Origin: Candidatus Bathyarchaeia archaeon
GTDB taxonomy: Archaea > Thermoproteota > Bathyarchaeia > Bathyarchaeales > Bathycorpusculaceae
Length of the DNA: 64,000 nt
Reading direction: 5' to 3'
NCBI GenBank assembly: GCA_050010755.1
Contig: JBEKKK010000001.1
Span: forward strand, 1,344,001 to 1,408,000
In this document: piece by piece, positions 59,974 through 64,000 of the stretch
How the letters are laid out: every line of letters starts with the position of its first letter
Position numbering within the stretch: the stretch's first letter is position 1
Translations under genes and position numbers: made by a program
Notes under the pieces: generated by a model
What the model was told of the DNA's origin: nothing
Database searches by the model: none
Seen by the model: the letters and a program-made list of their open reading frames with translations, nothing else

Positions 59974-60326
59974 ATCAAAACAAAAGAATCCTTATCGCGT
60001 TTGATGGGACCTTATCAGGCTGGAATCGCAACAGCTTCAGAAGAAACTTTATTCCAGGATACGGACGCAGTGTTTTTCCAAAACAGCATCTCTGACATCC
60101 TCGCAAAAAGTGCAAGAATGAATAAGTCTTCGAATTAACGCTTCCAGTTTCTTCAAGTCCGCAACCCTTTGAACGAATGAAAGTCGAAAACACGAGGTCG
60201 CCTCGCTGACGATTTTGGCAACATGAAAATGCGACAGTGTTCATAGTCGAATCGACTTTGGCTTACATCAAAAATCATAAATACAGGCCGATGCGAGCTA
60301 AGGTTTCGTTCAAGGTGCTTTCGTAC

Positions 60327-61253
60327 ATGTCTGTCGCGTTTCATGGTGCAGAATTCTGTTGGATGAACGGTGATATCATCGAAACTGGAAAGGCGCTCGT
60401 CTCCGCTATGGAACCCATTCATCTGGGAATTTTCGAAGGAATAAAAGCCTACGTGGAGAATGATGTTCAAAGCAGAGGAAATTTGAACATTTTTCGATGG
60501 AGGCCTCACGTCGAACGTCTCAGGCGTTCCGCGGCAGTTTGCGGAATGAAGATAACCTACACCGACGATGAGCTTCTTGAGGCCACAAGAAAAACTATTA
60601 GAGCTAATCGTTTCGACACGAACGTTTACATACAACCCAGAATCTGGCCAAAGGCAGGAGCCCCACAGGACGTCCATGTCGTCATTCCAGTCTGGGCCTT
60701 CGAAACCGTGCTAGGTAGAGACAATCCGCAGTTTTCTAAGAATCGCAGGTTCATGATTAGCAGTTGGCGACGAATCGCCTCAGACGCGCTACCTCCACAG
60801 GCGAAATCCTGGGCAAACTACGGCAATTCCGCACTGGCCCTGCGTGAGGCTCAGAGGCTGGGTTTTGATGGCGCGATATTCTTGGATAATAGGGGTTTTG
60901 TCAGCGAAGGCACAGGCGCCTGCGTAATGGCGGTTAGAAACGGGAAGGTGACAACTCCCCCCATAACTGCTTCGATACTGGAAAGTGTAACCCGAGAAAC
61001 GCTTCTCAAAGTAATAGCAGAGGATCTGAACATTCCAGTGGACGTGAGTGACATTGCGCGTGTTGAGCTTTACGCTTCCGATGAAGTCTTCCTCTGCGGA
61101 ACTGGCGGGGAGATCACACCCCTAACCAGCGTTGATGACTTATCCTTAGGAAAAGAGTATCCCGGCCCTGTGACGAAACGAATAGCAGAGTACTACGCGA
61201 ACATTTTGGCAGGAAAAACAGAGAAATACAAAGAATGGTTAACTCCTATCTGA
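60327..61253 (+). CDS. ilvE: Branched-chain amino acid aminotransferase (PLP class IV)
   Basis: GIFEGIKAY, HVERL, AK...NY, SEG.G, ILE.VTR, DEVFLCGT. Confidence 0.93.
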   Translation: MSVAFHGAEFCWMNGDIIETGKALVSAMEPIHLGIFEGIKAYVENDVQSRGNLNIFRWRPHVERLRRSAAVCGMKITYTDDELLEATRKTIRANRFDTNVYIQPRIWPKAGAPQDVHVVIPVWAFETVLGRDNPQFSKNRRFMISSWRRIASDALPPQAKSWANYGNSALALREAQRLGFDGAIFLDNRGFVSEGTGACVMAVRNGKVTTPPITASILESVTRETLLKVIAEDLNIPVDVSDIARVELYASDEVFLCGTGGEITPLTSVDDLSLGKEYPGPVTKRIAEYYANILAGKTEKYKEWLTPI

Positions 61254-61407
61254 GGCTTGGAATGAATTCTACTCTTTCTTAGAGTGATGTACACGTATTG
61301 TCTGATTGGTTTCCTTCAAGATATGGCAGAAGACTGTGGCTAGATTCGTCGTGAATGTTTTGTTGCTGTAGCCCTGCAGCAACATCGATTTAATTAGCTG
61401 GAAGGCA

Positions 61408-61830
61408 TTGCTGAAAAGAATAGAGATGGAGAAAATGGATCACACGGTTGTTCATTTCGAAATTCCGGCAAACGACACTGAGAAATTGAAGAAATTCTAT
61501 TCGGGAGTCTTCGGATGGAAGATCGAGAAAGGCAGCGAAGACATGAGCGGGCCAATGGAATATTGGATGCTGGGCACAGTACCAATGGACAAGCAGATGA
61601 GACCCATGCGACCTGGTGTCAACGGAGGTTTGTACAAGAAGACCAATAAGGAGATGAAGCCCGTCGTCTACATTTCAGTCGAGTCTGCTGACGAATACAT
61701 CGCAAAAATAAAGAAGCTCGGCGGAAAAATCATTGTTCCGAAACAAGAAGTCCCACATGTAGGCTGGACAGCCATAGCTGCTGATCCCGAGGGCAACCAA
61801 TTCGCCATACTGCAGCCAATGAACCCATAA
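61408..61830 (+). CDS. VOC / glyoxalase family protein
   Basis: VVHFEI, FY..VFGW, GG.I..P, DPEGN.F. Confidence 0.93.
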   Translation: MLKRIEMEKMDHTVVHFEIPANDTEKLKKFYSGVFGWKIEKGSEDMSGPMEYWMLGTVPMDKQMRPMRPGVNGGLYKKTNKEMKPVVYISVESADEYIAKIKKLGGKIIVPKQEVPHVGWTAIAADPEGNQFAILQPMNP

Positions 61831-62172
61831 CCCAACCCTTTTTCTCTTTCTTTACTATTGCGAACACTCAAGCCAAAGAGGCCGAATTAGAGTGCGCATT
61901 ATATTTCAATCGTCGTTTGCGAGATTGCTTGTGCTTCAGAATATTGTTATGTCTGTAAAAGACGTGTGCAGTTGGTGCGAAATGGGCGTCTGGAAGAGGC
62001 AAACAAATTCAGGGTTGGAAAAAAGAAATTCAAGAACAGGCTGGCACGTTTGAAGGTGTTCCAAAAGACTTTAATCTCGTGCGAACTCATCAATGATTGA
62101 GGTTGAGGAGCAACGGAAGAAGCCCCGAAAAGATACCTGCAGAGATTCAACCGACTTCTTGTTTGGCCAACG

Positions 62173-62475
62173 TTGGTCCTGTTCATACTTTTGGCAATTT
62201 CAGGATATGGAATCTTAAACCCTGGGTTGGAAAGTGAGCTGACCGGAGGGCTCTTCAGTGCGAGCGCGCTTCATCCGTTTTCATTGGAGTTACACACGGA
62301 TTTGATAGTGCCTACTTTGACGTTGCTCATGGTTCACATCTTGATTGCGCTGAGGTCAACTCTGACTCGTTGGGGCATAAGACAGGGCAAACTTTTGGAT
62401 GCTTTTCTGGTTCTTCTGGGAGTCTTCGCGTTTACTCTGATGGTGTTGATGCAGTATCTAATGATAGGGAGTTGA
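62173..62475 (+). CDS. Small membrane protein
   Basis: Three TM segments with two His (LH..., H.LI); start uncertain. Confidence 0.6.
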   Translation: MVLFILLAISGYGILNPGLESELTGGLFSASALHPFSLELHTDLIVPTLTLLMVHILIALRSTLTRWGIRQGKLLDAFLVLLGVFAFTLMVLMQYLMIGS

Positions 62476-62480
62476 GAAGC

Positions 62481-63860
62481 ATGCACAGAATCCTGAGGAT
62501 GGCTTCTTTGGCTCTGGTGTTAGTCCTTGCTTTGGTTACGTTTATGCCTCCGCCGAAGATGGCAAGTGCGCAGGCACCGGGCATGTTGGAGATAGATGGG
62601 GACGTTAACATGCCTATGAATTTGACTTATGCTGAGCTGTCTTCTTTACCGATGGTTTCAGAGGTGGCCAAGCTGCAGTGCATAGAGGGCTGGTATGTCA
62701 CTTACAACTGGACTGGAGTGCCGCTGTTTTATCTTTTGACCTTGGCTGAAATGAAGCCTGATGCCTATAAGGTTGTAACGAGTTGTTCAGACGGCTATAC
62801 TTCGGATCTTCTTGTGCAGGACGCTTTGAACCCTATGATAATTTTGGCTCTTGGAGCAAACGGGACAAGCCTGCCGCAGCTGACTTATGGCCCGGAAGGT
62901 CCTTACAGACTTGTCGTCCCAGGCAAGTATGGTTACAAATGGTCCAGCGGCGTTCAAGAAATAACAGTTGTCACGACTGATTACAAGGGATATTGGGAGA
63001 GTAATGGATTCAGCGACGTTGCCGACGTGCCAAACTATGGACCGATGCCGACGCCGACCCCTCCGGTGCAGTCGTTAAACGTAGCCTATGGAAATAGAAC
63101 GTTTCAGGTCGGGGCCTTCACAGACGCTTCAATAACGGTCTCTTCTTTCGATGCGTCCCTGAAAACATTGAACATGGATGTTACTGTTCCTCTTGGAACA
63201 TTGGGTTTCGCAGACTTGATCCTGCAGCAAAACTTTCTGAGCAGACCGTACAACGTCACACTTGACGGAAAGGCGGTCAGCCCGATTGAAGCTGACACCA
63301 ACACAAGCTCGTACCTGTACTTGGCCCTTCAGGAAGGCTCTCACACAATGAGCATATCAGCCGCAGAATTTCAAAACATTCCAGAAGCCATCGTGTACTA
63401 TCCGGCATCGATTGGTGTTGGACAGAACGCGACGTTTGACGCAAGTAAATCCGTTGACGTTGGAAGAATAGTCTCATATCAATGGAGTTTCGGCGACGGC
63501 ATAAACGGAACAGGACCGATAGTGACACACTCCTACAGCAAGGCAGGAACGTACCAGGTGACGGTCAACGTCACCAACAATCAAGACGTAAGTGATTTGC
63601 AAACGTTCACCATAACAGTTGGAAGCGGAATAAACATCGTTCTGCTCTCCAAGGTCCTCTTGGCAGCAATGCTGGCCGCGCTTATTTTGATTTTTGCCCT
63701 TCTTTTAACAAAAAGGAGAAAACCGAATCAGCCAGACAAAGAAAACTCAACAGTGACGCTCTATACGGAAAGAAACCAATTCTTCAATGCACGACTTACG
63801 ATGGGGCGTGTAGGTCGTTGCCAGCCTCGAAAAACCAGGTTAGCGCAAAGGTGGTTCTGA
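62481..63860 (+). CDS. Secreted molybdopterin-oxidoreductase (sulfite oxidase/YedY-type) domain + PKD domain + C-terminal TM
   Basis: LQCIEGW...WTGV.L...DGY...P.RLVVPGKYGYKW...GYWE..G; FDAS.S.D...Y.W.FGDG...H.Y..AGTY.V. Confidence 0.85.
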   Translation: MHRILRMASLALVLVLALVTFMPPPKMASAQAPGMLEIDGDVNMPMNLTYAELSSLPMVSEVAKLQCIEGWYVTYNWTGVPLFYLLTLAEMKPDAYKVVTSCSDGYTSDLLVQDALNPMIILALGANGTSLPQLTYGPEGPYRLVVPGKYGYKWSSGVQEITVVTTDYKGYWESNGFSDVADVPNYGPMPTPTPPVQSLNVAYGNRTFQVGAFTDASITVSSFDASLKTLNMDVTVPLGTLGFADLILQQNFLSRPYNVTLDGKAVSPIEADTNTSSYLYLALQEGSHTMSISAAEFQNIPEAIVYYPASIGVGQNATFDASKSVDVGRIVSYQWSFGDGINGTGPIVTHSYSKAGTYQVTVNVTNNQDVSDLQTFTITVGSGINIVLLSKVLLAAMLAALILIFALLLTKRRKPNQPDKENSTVTLYTERNQFFNARLTMGRVGRCQPRKTRLAQRWF

Positions 63861-63887
63861 AAAGACTCTGAACCTGCGCCGGATCAG

Positions 63888-63959
63888 CCCCCCTCCCTTT
63901 TTTTCTTTACATCAGATGTAATGTTGCAATGTAATGTTGGATTGTAAGGTTTCCATGTT
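63888..63959 (-). repeat. About 72-bp repeat, inverted copy
   Basis: Reverse complement AACATGGAAACCTTACAATCCAACATTACATTGCAACATTACATCTGATGTAAAGAAAAAAAGGGAGGGGGG closely matches 32387-32458. Confidence 0.88.
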
Positions 63960-64000
63960 TAACGCTGATGCGCGTTTCAAAAACGGCTAAGAATGGCCTC

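Noticed and set aside
1-64000. tRNA or rRNA genes
   Set aside because: No cloverleaf or T-loop-bearing tRNA and no rRNA-like segment recognised by eye.

Overview
Archaeal chromosomal window (TBP, archaeal AK6, TIGR00269-type thiolase, archaeal RNase P RNA; the cohesin/dockerin and wHTH protein types suggest Bathyarchaeia, which is an inference). It has three zones. (1) 1-4.96 kb is core: nikR 3' end, FmdE, tbp, tRNA thiolase, adenylate kinase, rnpB. (2) 4.94-33.7 kb is accessory. It opens with an 8.55-kb tyrosine-recombinase element inserted in the 3' end of the RNase P RNA gene (24-bp perfect direct repeat at 4940-4963 and 13492-13515). The cargo is a PD-(D/E)XK protein, two TIR-like proteins and membrane proteins. 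From about 6.1 to 30 kb, more than 30 copies of a CG-alternating motif (consensus palindrome TAGCGCGCGCTA) lie almost only between genes, often on stop codons, dividing the region into cassette-like units. (3) 34-64 kb holds an HtrA / BlaI / BlaR-like module with three visible operators, citG, a large phosphate/polyphosphate cluster (pstSCAB, two phoU, ppk2, aquaporin, ppx, CHAD fusion, ppk1, CYTH) and housekeeping enzymes. All calls come from reading motifs by eye; no database searches were run.
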